Source of the DNA: Spirochaetia bacterium
Lineage (GTDB): Bacteria; Spirochaetota; Spirochaetia; SZUA-6; Bin103
DNA: 64,000 bases
Direction: 5' to 3'
Assembly: GCA_965208575.1 (NCBI GenBank)
Contig: CBDBOV010000004.1
Coordinates: 800,001 to 864,000 of the forward strand
Both the position numbers and the translations under genes were made by a program. Below the pieces are notes generated by a model. It saw only the letters and a list, made by a program, of their open reading frames with translations. It was not told the origin of the DNA and searched no databases. Of this stretch, positions 48,351-57,793 are shown piece after piece (positions within the stretch are counted from its first letter, which is position 1; every line of letters starts with the position of its first letter).

Positions 48351-49097
48351 TTAAGGATGGGTAACGCGAGCGGATTGGCGGTCGCCGGCGGCTGGTGCGG
48401 CAGTGGTGACCGCGGCCAGCAGGGCCACGCCGAACAGGCGGCTCAGGCGCGTGTAGTCGAGCGCATCACACTCGACGAGTGCCTGCACGACGGTCTCCTG
48501 GAAGAAGTTGAAGGTCGCCACAACGTCCGCGGGCGCCAGGCCCAGGCGTCTCGCGGCGCGACCGTAGCTGGCGCCCAACTGGCCGGCGCGCCGCAGTGCG
48601 TCCGCGCGCGGCGCCTCCGCGCGCGGTGCGTCGGCACGCGTTGCGTCGCTGTCGACGGCGGCCTCGGACTGCTCGACCGCGTAGCGAATCAGCAGCCCCA
48701 ACAGCTCGCGCCCGAGGTGGGTCATCGACCGGCGCTGGTTGCCGCTCAACTCGGCGCGCAGCCCGTGCAGCACCGAGATGCCGGACGCCGGCGAGCCGGC
48801 CGGGGGAGCCGCGGCGAGCGCGGCGCGCACCGCACGCCGCGCCAGTTCCGCGATCGCGGCCGCGGTGGCAGGGTCGTCCTGCGGCGCGGCAAGCACGCGC
48901 CGCAGATCGCGCAACCGGTAGCGGCGATGCCCGCCCGGCGTGCGCAGGCAGCGGACGGTGCCCTTCTCGCTCCAGTTGCGCATGGTCAGCGGATGCACCC
49001 CAAGCAGCTCGGCGGCCTGGCCGATGGTGAGCAGGCGTTCGTCGCCGGCGCCGGAGGGGTGCTGCGGCGCGCGCACTATACCGCTTGCGAATCGCAT
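48351..49097 (-). CDS. MerR/excisionase-type HTH regulator with helical C-terminal domain
   Basis: LLTIGQAAELLGVHPLTMRNWSEKG....RTPGGHRRY; divergent from hemA. Confidence 0.85.
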   Translation of the reverse strand: MRFASGIVRAPQHPSGAGDERLLTIGQAAELLGVHPLTMRNWSEKGTVRCLRTPGGHRRYRLRDLRRVLAAPQDDPATAAAIAELARRAVRAALAAAPPAGSPASGISVLHGLRAELSGNQRRSMTHLGRELLGLLIRYAVEQSEAAVDSDATRADAPRAEAPRADALRRAGQLGASYGRAARRLGLAPADVVATFNFFQETVVQALVECDALDYTRLSRLFGVALLAAVTTAAPAAGDRQSARVTHP

Positions 49098-49133
49098 AAA
49101 ATCGTATATATCTTATCTGCGACGACGCCTTCC

Positions 49134-50390
49134 ATGATCCGAGCCTGGCTCCTCAATTATCGGCCCCTGGACCAGCACCTTGCAAGCGAGGCGGCAGCCG
49201 CAGCCGCGCCGCTGCCGGAGCGGCTAGCCGCGGCGTTCGCGCGCGCAAACGGTGGGCACGCGGAGTGGGCGGTACTCGCAACCTGCCATCGCTGCGAGGT
49301 GTACACTCACGGAGCGAACGGCGCGCTGGTTGGCGGCGTTCTGGACGACGTGTTTCCCGCCGCGGCGCGCACTACCGTGGCCGAGGTGGCGGAGGATGAT
49401 GCGGTGCGCCACCTGATGCGGGTGGCCGCCGGCCTGGACTCCATGCTGCTCGGCGAGACCGACGTCCAGCACCAGGTCGTGGCGGCCTGGCAGGACGCCG
49501 CTGCCGGCGGCTCGACCGGCGCGGTACTCGATGCCGTGTTCCGCGCCGCGATCCACGCCGGCAAGCGCGTGCGCACCGACACCGGGATCGGCCGCCACGC
49601 CACCTCGCTGGCACCCGCGGCGGTCGACCTGGTGGCCGGGCGGTTGGCAACGATCGGCGGGGCGCGGGCGCTGGTGTTCGGCGCCGGCACCATGGCGCAG
49701 CGCGCTTGCGAGCGGCTGCGAGACCTCGGGTTCGACCGCCTTACCGTTACCAGCCGGACTCTGGAACGCGCCGAACGGCTGGCGCAGCACTGCGGGGGCC
49801 GGGCGGTGCCGTGGGCCCCGGCCGCCGCTCTGCGTTCGGCGGATGTCGCCATCGCGGCGACGGCGGCACCCACGCCTTTCATCGACGACGCGATGCTGAG
49901 TGCGGCCATGACGGACCGCCGTCGTCCACTGCACCTGGTCGACCTGGCGTTGCCGCAGAACGTCGATCGCGGCGCCACGCCGCTGCCCGGGTTCACCTAC
50001 TACGACTTCGCCGACCTGGAGGATGCCACGCGGGCAAGCCATGCGGCGCGGGCGGCAGAGATCCCGCTTGCCGAGGCGGTGATCGAGCAGGAGCTGGCGC
50101 GTTTTCGCTCCTGGTGGCAGCAGCGTGAGATCATGCCCGCCCTGCGCATGCTCGGCGAACTGGCCGCCGCCACCCGCGACGCGGAGCTGGAACGAGTGTG
50201 GCGCCGCCTGCCGGGGCTCACCGACCGCGAGCGGCGCATCGTGGAATCGCTCGCCCACAACGTGACTCGCGGCCTGCTGCGCCGGCCGATGACGCGGCTG
50301 CGGGACGCCGCCGGAACTCCACTCGCGGACCAGTATCGCGGTACACTGGAGTCGCTGTTCGCGGATCGGCCGCCTCGGGACACCCGATGA
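49134..50390 (+). CDS. hemA: Glutamyl-tRNA reductase (divergent N-terminus)
   Basis: TCHRCEVY, HLMRVAAGLDSMLLGE, GKRVRTDT.I, GAGTM, DLALPQNV. Confidence 0.88.
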   Translation: MIRAWLLNYRPLDQHLASEAAAAAAPLPERLAAAFARANGGHAEWAVLATCHRCEVYTHGANGALVGGVLDDVFPAAARTTVAEVAEDDAVRHLMRVAAGLDSMLLGETDVQHQVVAAWQDAAAGGSTGAVLDAVFRAAIHAGKRVRTDTGIGRHATSLAPAAVDLVAGRLATIGGARALVFGAGTMAQRACERLRDLGFDRLTVTSRTLERAERLAQHCGGRAVPWAPAAALRSADVAIAATAAPTPFIDDAMLSAAMTDRRRPLHLVDLALPQNVDRGATPLPGFTYYDFADLEDATRASHAARAAEIPLAEAVIEQELARFRSWWQQREIMPALRMLGELAAATRDAELERVWRRLPGLTDRERRIVESLAHNVTRGLLRRPMTRLRDAAGTPLADQYRGTLESLFADRPPRDTR

Positions 50391-51208
50391 GCCGGCATGG
50401 TCGCGCGCCGGCACCTGGAACGATGAAGACCGACTCACACGCATCCGACGAACGCCGGCAGTCCGCCGGGCACGGGCGCGCCGCAGTCCGCCCGGCGCCG
50501 TCACGCGAGGCGCACGCCGAGTCGCGGCAGACACCGCGCACCCTGTCGCACTTCGCCCTGCTGCGCTTTACCGCGGCCTGGTGGCACCTCGCGGACCAGG
50601 AGCGGCGCCGGCAGCGCGAGGCGCTCGGGGCGGCGCTTGCGGACCTGGGCGATGCGCGCCACCTGTACCAGGTGTTCCCTGCCCAGGACAGCGCCGACCT
50701 GCTGCTGTGGACCGCGCTGCGGGAGGCGGCGCCGGTGGCCGTGCACGCGTTCTTTCGCGACTACGCCGCCCGGCTGGCGCGCTTTCGCGGCGTGCTGACC
50801 TGCCGCGCACCGCTGTGGGGCTTCACGCGCCCCTCCACCTATACCAGGGTGCGGTCGGCGCAGGAGATGGATCCCTTCACTGCCGACCGGCAGCCCTTCC
50901 TGGTGCTCTATCCGTTCGTCAAGACCACCGGCTGGTATGCCTTGAGCCGCGACACGCGCCAGGGCATGATGAACGGCCACATCCGCGTCGGCAAGGAGTA
51001 CCCCGACATCACCCAGCTCCTGCTGTACTCGACCGGCGTCCAGGACCAGGAGTTCGTGGTGGTGTACGAGACCGCCGACCTGACCCGGTTCTCCGACCTG
51101 GTGACGCAGTTGCGCAGCACCGAGGCACGCGCCTATACGGAACGCGACACACCGTTGACTACCGCCCTCCACCATCCGCCCGGCGCCGCATTGGATCTGT
51201 TCCGATGA
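50387..51208 (+). CDS. hemQ: Coproheme decarboxylase (ChdC/HemQ, chlorite dismutase superfamily)
   Basis: YPFVK, WY.L, MMNGHIRVG, G.QDQEFVV.YET, RDTP; inside the hem operon. Confidence 0.82.
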   Translation: MSRHGRAPAPGTMKTDSHASDERRQSAGHGRAAVRPAPSREAHAESRQTPRTLSHFALLRFTAAWWHLADQERRRQREALGAALADLGDARHLYQVFPAQDSADLLLWTALREAAPVAVHAFFRDYAARLARFRGVLTCRAPLWGFTRPSTYTRVRSAQEMDPFTADRQPFLVLYPFVKTTGWYALSRDTRQGMMNGHIRVGKEYPDITQLLLYSTGVQDQEFVVVYETADLTRFSDLVTQLRSTEARAYTERDTPLTTALHHPPGAALDLFR

Positions 51209-51310
51209 GCCTGCGCGGGCGCTCGGCGATGTGGAAGACGACGAAAATCGATGTACCGGCATCGTGCACCGGCCGGCTTCTTGGGACCAGGCCAGCCGGG
51301 GAGCCGACGC

Positions 51311-52384
51311 GTGCACACGGCTGAAGCGCCGCCGCTGGTGGCTGCCTGCCGGCGCCAGCCGGTCGCGCGGGTGCCGATCTGGCTGATGCGCCAGGCGGGA
51401 CGCTACCTGCCGGAGTACCGCGAGCTGCGCAGCCGGTACGGGATGCTCGACATCCTCGGCAGCGCCGAGCTGGCCGCCCGGGTCACCCTGCAGCCGCTGC
51501 GCAGGTTCGATTTCGACGGCGCCATCATCTTCGCCGACATTCTGCCGCCGCTGATCGGCATCGGGCTGGACCTGTCGTTCGGCAATGGCACCAGTCCGCG
51601 CATTCACAACCCGGTTCGCGACGCTCATGACGTTGCGGCGCTGCGCGAGGCCGACCCGCGCCGCGATCTTGCCGCCACCATGAGCGCGCTGCGGATGGTG
51701 CGTGGCGAGTTGCCGCCGGCGGTAGCGCTGATCGGCTTCTCCGGCGCGCCGTTCACGCTGGCTACCTACGCCATAGAGGGCGGCACCTCGCGTCAGTTCA
51801 CGCTTACCAAGCGGATGATGTTCGAGCAACCGAAGGCGTGGCGCGCGTTGATGGAGCGCCTGACGCGGCTGGTGATCGACTACCTGGCCGCCCAGGCCGA
51901 GGCGGGCGCGCAGGTGCTGCAGATCTTCGATAGCTGGGCGGGCGTGCTCAGCGCCGCCGACTACGGCGCCCACGTGCTGCCGTTCCTGCGCCGGGTGTGC
52001 GCCGATCTGCAGCCGGCCGGGGTTCCGCTGATCTACTTCAGCACCGGTACCGGGACGCTGCTCGAACTGCTCTCCGAGCTGCCGTGCGACGTACTGAGCG
52101 TGGACTGGCGGGTCGATCTTGCCGGTGCGCGCCGCCGGCTGCCGGCGCGCATGGCGCTGCAGGGCAACCTGGAACCGGCGCTGCTGTTCGCCCCGGAGCA
52201 GGTGCTGAAGACGCGCGCGCGCACGGTGCTTGCCGCCGGAGCAAACACCGCCGGCTACATCTTCAACCTCGGCCACGGCATTCTGCCGCAGACGCCGCCG
52301 GAAGCGGTGGCGCGGCTGGTCGACCTGGTCCATGGCCACCCGGCCGCCGCGGCCGGCAACGCACCGCCGGGGGCCGCGTCGTGA
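51311..52384 (+). CDS. hemE: Uroporphyrinogen decarboxylase
   Basis: PIWLMRQAGRYLPEY, IIFADI, GFSGAPFTLA.Y, QIFDSW, QGNL, FNLGHG. Confidence 0.96.
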   Translation: MHTAEAPPLVAACRRQPVARVPIWLMRQAGRYLPEYRELRSRYGMLDILGSAELAARVTLQPLRRFDFDGAIIFADILPPLIGIGLDLSFGNGTSPRIHNPVRDAHDVAALREADPRRDLAATMSALRMVRGELPPAVALIGFSGAPFTLATYAIEGGTSRQFTLTKRMMFEQPKAWRALMERLTRLVIDYLAAQAEAGAQVLQIFDSWAGVLSAADYGAHVLPFLRRVCADLQPAGVPLIYFSTGTGTLLELLSELPCDVLSVDWRVDLAGARRRLPARMALQGNLEPALLFAPEQVLKTRARTVLAAGANTAGYIFNLGHGILPQTPPEAVARLVDLVHGHPAAAAGNAPPGAAS

Positions 52385-53340
52385 GCCGGCTCGGCGTGCT
52401 GGTGATGGCGTACGGCGGCCCCGACTCGCTGGCCGAAGTGGAGCCCTACCTGCTGGACATCCGCGGCGGGCGGCCCACGCCGCGGGCGCTGGTGGAGGAA
52501 GTTCGCGAGCGCTACCGAAAGATCGGCGGCCGGTCGCCGCTGCGTGAGATCACCGAGCGACAGGCGCAGGCGCTCGGCGCCACCCTGCGCGAACGCGGGG
52601 TCGCCGCCACCGTCGAGGTCGGCATGCGCCACTGGCAACCGCGCATTGCCGCGGCGGTGCAGCGCCTCACCGAGCGCGGCGTGACGCGCGCGGTCGGACT
52701 CACCATGGCGCCGCACTACGCGCGGCGCAGCGTGGGCGCCTACCAGGAGCAGGTGCGCACCGCCGCAGGCGCCGCGGCGCGCGCCCCCCGGTTCAACTTC
52801 GTGTCCCACTTCTGCGACCACCCGCGCTTCACCTCCGCGGTGGCGCGCGAGGTTCGCGCCGCGCTGCGCGCACTACCCGAGCGGCCCGCGGCGGCGCCGG
52901 CGCGGCCCCGCTTCCGGGTGCTGTTTTCGGCGCACAGCCTGCCGGAGGCCTGGGTCGGCGGCGGCGACCCGTATCGTGACCAACTGGGCGCCTCGGCAGC
53001 GGCGGTGGCCGAGGCCGCCGGCCTGGCGCCGGGTCAGTGGCGGCAGTGCTACCAGTCGGCCGGCGCGCGGCCCGGCGCCTGGCTCGGGCCGGCGCTCGAC
53101 GCGGAGGTGCGGCTGGCCGCGGACGAGGGAATCGGTCACCTGGTGGTGGCGCCGTTCGGCTTCGTGGCCGACCACGTGGAGGTGCTGTTCGACATCGACA
53201 TCGAGCTGCGCGAACTCGGCGACTCGCTCGGCGTGTCGGTAAGCCGAACGCGGTCGCTCGGCACCGACCCGGAGCTGATGGCGGCGCTCGCCGACCGCGT
53301 GCTCGAATCCGCCGCCGACGGAGCAGCACGTGCGGGCTAG
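52381..53340 (+). CDS. hemH: Ferrochelatase (coproporphyrin type by context)
   Basis: MAYGGP, RY.KIGG.SPL, FSAHSLP, YQSAG...WLGP, GFVADHVEVL.DID. Confidence 0.94.
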   Translation: MSRLGVLVMAYGGPDSLAEVEPYLLDIRGGRPTPRALVEEVRERYRKIGGRSPLREITERQAQALGATLRERGVAATVEVGMRHWQPRIAAAVQRLTERGVTRAVGLTMAPHYARRSVGAYQEQVRTAAGAAARAPRFNFVSHFCDHPRFTSAVAREVRAALRALPERPAAAPARPRFRVLFSAHSLPEAWVGGGDPYRDQLGASAAAVAEAAGLAPGQWRQCYQSAGARPGAWLGPALDAEVRLAADEGIGHLVVAPFGFVADHVEVLFDIDIELRELGDSLGVSVSRTRSLGTDPELMAALADRVLESAADGAARAG

Positions 53341-53364
53341 CCGGTCCGCGGCAGCGGCGGTTCG

Positions 53365-54801
53365 ATGAGCGAATCAAGCGATCCTCGGACCCGCCAGCGC
53401 CGCGTGGTCATTGTCGGCGGCGGAGTTACCGGACTGTCGGCCGCCTACTACCTGCAGCGCGCACTGCCGGAGCGCCCGGACGTCGAGGTCGTGGTTCTGG
53501 AGGCAGACTCCCGGCCGGGCGGCAAGCTGCACACCCTCCACCACGCCGGGTTCGCCGTGGAAACCGGTCCCGACTCGTTCCTGACCAGCAAACCGGCCGC
53601 ATTGGCGCTGTGTCACGACCTCGGGCTGGACGGCGAGCTGATCCCCCAGCAGCAACCGCGCGGTGCGTACGTGTTGCGCCGCCGCCGGCTCGTGCCGATC
53701 CCGCCGGGAATGCGCCTCATCCATCCCACCCGGCGGTGGCAACTGCTGCGTTCACCGCTGCTGTCGCCGGGCGGACGCCTGCGGGCGCTTGCCCACCCGC
53801 TTACCCGCCGCAGGCGCGCGACCGGGGACGAGAGTATCGGCGCCTACGTGCAGCGCCGCTACGGCGCCGAGATGCTGCGTGTGCTCGGCGAACCGCTGCT
53901 TGCCGGGATCCACCTGGCCGATCCGTGGCAGCTCAGCCTGGAAGCTACCTTCCCGGCGCTGCACGCCGCACCGGGGCGGCGGCGCCGCGGCGCCGCACCG
54001 GTGCAGTCGGCAGCGGGGCCGAAGCACCTGCACGGCAGTCCGTTCGCCAGCCTCGCGGGCGGCATGGAGCGGTTGACCGACGCACTCCTGGGCGAACTCG
54101 GCGGCTCGGTAAGCACCGACACGACGGTGCACGAGCTGATTCCTTCCGAGGGAGGCTATCGCCTGGTCCTGAAAGGAAATCCGTCCCTCAGTGGCCACTA
54201 CGAGCTACCCGCCGACGCGGTGCTCGTGACGACGCCGGCGGCGGCCGCGGCGCGCCTCGTGAACGGCGTCAACCCGTCCCTGGCCCGGCTGCTCGAGGCG
54301 GCGCGCGCCACCTCGTCGGCGGTCGTGACCCTCGGCTTCCACGAGCCTGATCAGGCGCTGCCCTTGGGGTCGGGATTCCTGGTGCCGCGCGGCGAGGACA
54401 GCCGGCTGCTCGCTTGTACGTGGAGCTCCAACAAGTTCGCCTCGCGCGCGCCCAAGGGCGCCATTCTGGTGCGCGGCTTCGTGGGCGGCTGGCGCGACCC
54501 GAAGGTCCTGGAGTTGGACGACGACGAGCTGCTGGATCTGGTACGGGGCGAGATGGCGATACTGCTCGGCGGCGTGTTCGGCGGCGACACGCCTGCCACC
54601 ATCCGCCACGTGGCACGCTGGCCGGAGGGCACACCGTTGTACCAGGTCGGGCACCGTCAGTGGCTGGCCAAGCTCGCCGCCGCCGGCAAGACCACCCCTG
54701 GGCTGTGGCTGGCCGGTGCTGCCTACGACGGCGTCGGCATTCCCGACTGCATCCACCAGGCCCGCAACGCCGCCGGCGAGATTGTCCGCTACCTCGGCTG
54801 A
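53365..54801 (+). CDS. hemY: HemY-type copro/protoporphyrinogen oxidase
   Basis: GGGVTGLSAAY, ETGPDSF, EPLLAGI, GSGFLVP, YQVGH, GVGIPDC. Confidence 0.93.
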   Translation: MSESSDPRTRQRRVVIVGGGVTGLSAAYYLQRALPERPDVEVVVLEADSRPGGKLHTLHHAGFAVETGPDSFLTSKPAALALCHDLGLDGELIPQQQPRGAYVLRRRRLVPIPPGMRLIHPTRRWQLLRSPLLSPGGRLRALAHPLTRRRRATGDESIGAYVQRRYGAEMLRVLGEPLLAGIHLADPWQLSLEATFPALHAAPGRRRRGAAPVQSAAGPKHLHGSPFASLAGGMERLTDALLGELGGSVSTDTTVHELIPSEGGYRLVLKGNPSLSGHYELPADAVLVTTPAAAAARLVNGVNPSLARLLEAARATSSAVVTLGFHEPDQALPLGSGFLVPRGEDSRLLACTWSSNKFASRAPKGAILVRGFVGGWRDPKVLELDDDELLDLVRGEMAILLGGVFGGDTPATIRHVARWPEGTPLYQVGHRQWLAKLAAAGKTTPGLWLAGAAYDGVGIPDCIHQARNAAGEIVRYLG

Positions 54802-54828
54802 CCTGCTGACGCCGGCGGCGGTCGCCGG

Positions 54829-54858
54829 TTGACACGGCTCCATCGGTGAGCGTATATA
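54829..54858 (+). promoter_or_regulatory. Sigma70 promoter for the ABC-2 operon leader
   Basis: TTGACA (54829-54834), N18, TATATA (54853-54858). Confidence 0.6.
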
Positions 54859-54871
54859 CAACTCCACTCTG

Positions 54872-54994
54872 ATGAGCGGCGCACCGGTCACCACACTCGC
54901 GGCCGAATCGACTCCGACGTTCGCGGCGATTTCGCTAGTCGCGGATCACATGTGGTGCGTCCTCATGGCAGAGGAGGTCAATCCGGCAGGGTAA
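54872..54994 (+). CDS. Putative 40-aa leader peptide
   Basis: MSGAPVTTLAAESTPTFAAISLVADHMWCVLMAEEVNPAG, between the promoter and a terminator; no clear SD. Confidence 0.5.
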   Translation: MSGAPVTTLAAESTPTFAAISLVADHMWCVLMAEEVNPAG

Positions 54995-55018
54995 CGTCGC
55001 CGCCTCGGCGCAACCGTG

Positions 55019-55047
55019 AAGGCCCTGCCATTGCGCAGGGCCTTTTT
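55019..55047 (+). terminator. Intrinsic terminator (attenuator) upstream of the ABC-2 operon
   Basis: AAGGCCCTGC-CATTGC-GCAGGGCCTT-TTT. Confidence 0.85.
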
Positions 55048-55094
55048 CATTGGTGTGCGGCGGTCGGCGCGACCCTCCGATGGGAGGAGCGCCA

Positions 55095-56081
55095 ATGATC
55101 ATCGAAGCACGCAATCTGCGCAAACGGTTCCGGGTGCGGGCGGCACGCACCCGCACCGCCGGCGCGATGGGCGCACTGCGCGGCATGGCAGCGGCGCCCC
55201 GCTGGCGGACGGTGGCGGCGGTGGACGACATCGACCTCGCCGTGGCGCACGGCGAGGCGATCGCCTTCATCGGACCCAACGGGGCCGGCAAGTCGACCAC
55301 CATCAAGCTGTTGACCGGCATCCTGCAGCGCGACCGCGGCTCGGTCTCGGTGCTCGGGCTCGACCCGCAACGCCAGCGCCGCCGGCTCGCCTACCGCATC
55401 GGCACGGTGTTCGGCCAGAAGTCGCAGCTCTGGTTCCACCTGCCGCCGATCGACACCTTCAGGCTGCTCGCCGATATCTACGACCTGGAGCCGCGCCGGG
55501 CGCGGGAACGCATCGCCGCTCTGACCGAGGTGTTCGGCATCGGCCGCCACCTGGCCACGCCGGTGCGCAAGCTGTCCCTGGGCGAGCGCATCCGCTGCGA
55601 GATTGCGGCGTCGCTGATCCACGATCCGGAGCTGCTGCTCCTGGATGAGCCCACCATCGGACTGGACGTGGTGATTCGGCAGCGCATCCGCGACCTGATC
55701 GCCCGCGTCAACCGCGAGCGTGGAGTAACCGTGTTCCTGACCTCGCACGACACCGGCGACATGGAGCAGGTGTGCCGGCGCGCGGTGGTGATCAACGAGG
55801 GACGCATCGTCTGGGACGGTGCCGTCGACGAGCTGCGGCGCTCGGTGCTGGCGGCAAAGATCGTGGACCTCAAGCTGTCCGGACCGCTGGCTCTCGACCT
55901 GCCGGAGGTCACCGTACGACACGCGGACCGGTATTCCGCCAAGCTGGAAGTCGACACCGCCCGAACCCGAGTCGAGGCGGTGGTGCGCGCCATCCTGCAG
56001 CGCAACACGGTGCTGGACATCACCATCTCCGACCCGCCCCTGGAGGAGACCATTGCCGCGCTGTACGGAGACACGGCGTGA
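55095..56081 (+). CDS. ABC-2 type exporter ATP-binding protein
   Basis: GGAGGAG RBS; GPNGAGKSTT, FGQKSQLW, LSLGE, LDEPTIGLD, TSHD. Confidence 0.93.
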   Translation: MIIEARNLRKRFRVRAARTRTAGAMGALRGMAAAPRWRTVAAVDDIDLAVAHGEAIAFIGPNGAGKSTTIKLLTGILQRDRGSVSVLGLDPQRQRRRLAYRIGTVFGQKSQLWFHLPPIDTFRLLADIYDLEPRRARERIAALTEVFGIGRHLATPVRKLSLGERIRCEIAASLIHDPELLLLDEPTIGLDVVIRQRIRDLIARVNRERGVTVFLTSHDTGDMEQVCRRAVVINEGRIVWDGAVDELRRSVLAAKIVDLKLSGPLALDLPEVTVRHADRYSAKLEVDTARTRVEAVVRAILQRNTVLDITISDPPLEETIAALYGDTA

Positions 56082-56893
56082 TCGCCGTGGTCTCCCGATG
56101 CAGTCCCTGGCTGCGCCGCTACGGCCGCGCCCTCACCTACGCCGGCCGCGACCAGCTCGCCTACCCCGCCGCGCTGCTCACGCGCGGCGTGCTGCTGGTG
56201 ATCTTCGTGTTCGTGTTCAACACGCTGTGGCGGGCGATCGCCGGCGACGACGGCGAACTGCGCGGCCTCACCGTGGTGCAGCTCACGTGGTACCTGGTGT
56301 TCACCGAGATGGTCGAGCTGGCCCGGCCCACCATCATGGCGGAGATCCAGGAGCAGGTGCAGGACGGCAGCATCGCCTACGGCCTGGTGCGCCCCTACTC
56401 CTACCCCCTGTTCGCCGTTGCCCGCGCCGTCGGCCAGGCGCTCACCAAGACGGTGCCGATCGGCATGGCGGGAGCGGTGGTCGCGCTGGCGCTGGTGGGG
56501 CCGCTGCCGGGATTGGCGGCCGCCCTGCCCCGCGGCCTGCCCCTGTTCGCCGGCGCGCTGCTGCTGAACTGCCTGTGGATGCTGATCATCGGCCTCACCG
56601 CGTTCTGGTTCGAGTCGGTGCTGCCGTTTCAGTGGATTCATCAGAAGCTGGTGTTCATCGTCGGCGGCATGTTCTTCCCGCTCGACCTGCTGCCGCCGTG
56701 GCTGGCGGGGGTGGCGGCGCGGCTGCCGTTTGCATTCCAGGCCTACTGGCCGGCGCGCATGCTGGTAGACCCAGCCCCCGAGCTGTTCGCCGAGGCGCTG
56801 CTCGGCACCGCGTTCTACGCCGTGCTGCTCGGCGCGCTGGCGGCCGGCCTGTTCCAACTCGGCATGCAAAGGGTACAGGCCAATGGCGGCTGA
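56078..56893 (+). CDS. ABC-2 family permease (DUF990-like)
   Basis: Six TMs; VQDGSIAYGLVRP, GGMFFPLDLLP, LPF. Confidence 0.88.
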   Translation: MIAVVSRCSPWLRRYGRALTYAGRDQLAYPAALLTRGVLLVIFVFVFNTLWRAIAGDDGELRGLTVVQLTWYLVFTEMVELARPTIMAEIQEQVQDGSIAYGLVRPYSYPLFAVARAVGQALTKTVPIGMAGAVVALALVGPLPGLAAALPRGLPLFAGALLLNCLWMLIIGLTAFWFESVLPFQWIHQKLVFIVGGMFFPLDLLPPWLAGVAARLPFAFQAYWPARMLVDPAPELFAEALLGTAFYAVLLGALAAGLFQLGMQRVQANGG

Positions 56894-57746
56894 CCGGCGC
56901 CGCACCGCTGCCGCGCCGGCGACCGGCGCGGCGCGCTGCTACCGCACGCTCCGCCTGCTCGGCCGCTACTTCCGCGTCAACCTGGCCGCCAACACCGCCT
57001 ACCCGGTGCCGTTCGCGATCCAGGTGGTCGCCATGGCCGCCAACAACGCCATGTTCCTGGCGTTCTGGGCGATCCTGTTCGAGGCGATAGACGCGCCGAT
57101 TGCCGGCTACACGTTCACTGACGTGATGTTCCTGTGGGCGGTGGCGGCCGCCGGCTTCGGCCTTGGGGCGGTGCTGTGCGGCAATTCCGGCCACCTGTCG
57201 CGCATCATCTACCGGGGCGACCTCGACGTGTACCTGGCCCAGCCCAAGCCGGTGCTGCCCAACCTGCTGGCCTCGCGCATGTCGGTGTCGAGCTGGGGAG
57301 ACCTGCTGTACGGACTCGGCCTGTTCGCCGTCAGCCAGCCGCTCACCGGGCCGAGCATCGGCCTGTTCCTGGTGTTCGTGCTGCTGGCCGCCGGCGTGCT
57401 GGTCGCGGTGCGGGTGCTGTACCACAGCCTGACCTTTCTGCTCGGCAACGCCGAGGATCTGGCCGGCGTGGGCTCGGAGCAGATCATCACCTTCTCCCTG
57501 TATCCGGGTACCATCTTCGACGGCCCGCTGGTGGCCGTGGTGCTGCACACCCTGATCCCGGCGGCGCTGGTCGCCCACCTGCCCGCCGACCTGTTCCGCG
57601 CCGTCGTCCGCGGTACCGGGATGGACTGGGGCCTGCTGGCGATCATCGTCGCCGGGGACGCCGCCCTGATCGCGGCTGCCTGGGCGCTGTTCGCCCTGGG
57701 CCTGCGCCGCTACGAGTCCGGCAACCGCATCGGCGCCCGCATCTGA
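56883..57746 (+). CDS. ABC-2 family permease (DUF990-like)
   Basis: I.RGDLDVYLAQP, YP.TIF, GLRRYESG. Confidence 0.88.
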   Translation: MAADRRRTAAAPATGAARCYRTLRLLGRYFRVNLAANTAYPVPFAIQVVAMAANNAMFLAFWAILFEAIDAPIAGYTFTDVMFLWAVAAAGFGLGAVLCGNSGHLSRIIYRGDLDVYLAQPKPVLPNLLASRMSVSSWGDLLYGLGLFAVSQPLTGPSIGLFLVFVLLAAGVLVAVRVLYHSLTFLLGNAEDLAGVGSEQIITFSLYPGTIFDGPLVAVVLHTLIPAALVAHLPADLFRAVVRGTGMDWGLLAIIVAGDAALIAAAWALFALGLRRYESGNRIGARI

Positions 57747-57793
57747 AGTCGGTGGGCGCCCACATGGCCCATGAGCCGGTGCGTGGCAATCGC

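Noticed and set aside
50387-51208. Chlorite dismutase / perchlorate respiration
   Set aside because: YPFVK motif, no signal peptide and hem-operon context indicate coproheme decarboxylase
51205-51324. Short ORF or frameshifted hemE start between hemQ and hemE
   Set aside because: No recognisable similarity; hemE is complete from GTG 51311
54872-55047. T-box or known riboswitch in the ABC-2 leader
   Set aside because: No T-box consensus or recognisable aptamer; a leader-peptide model fits better
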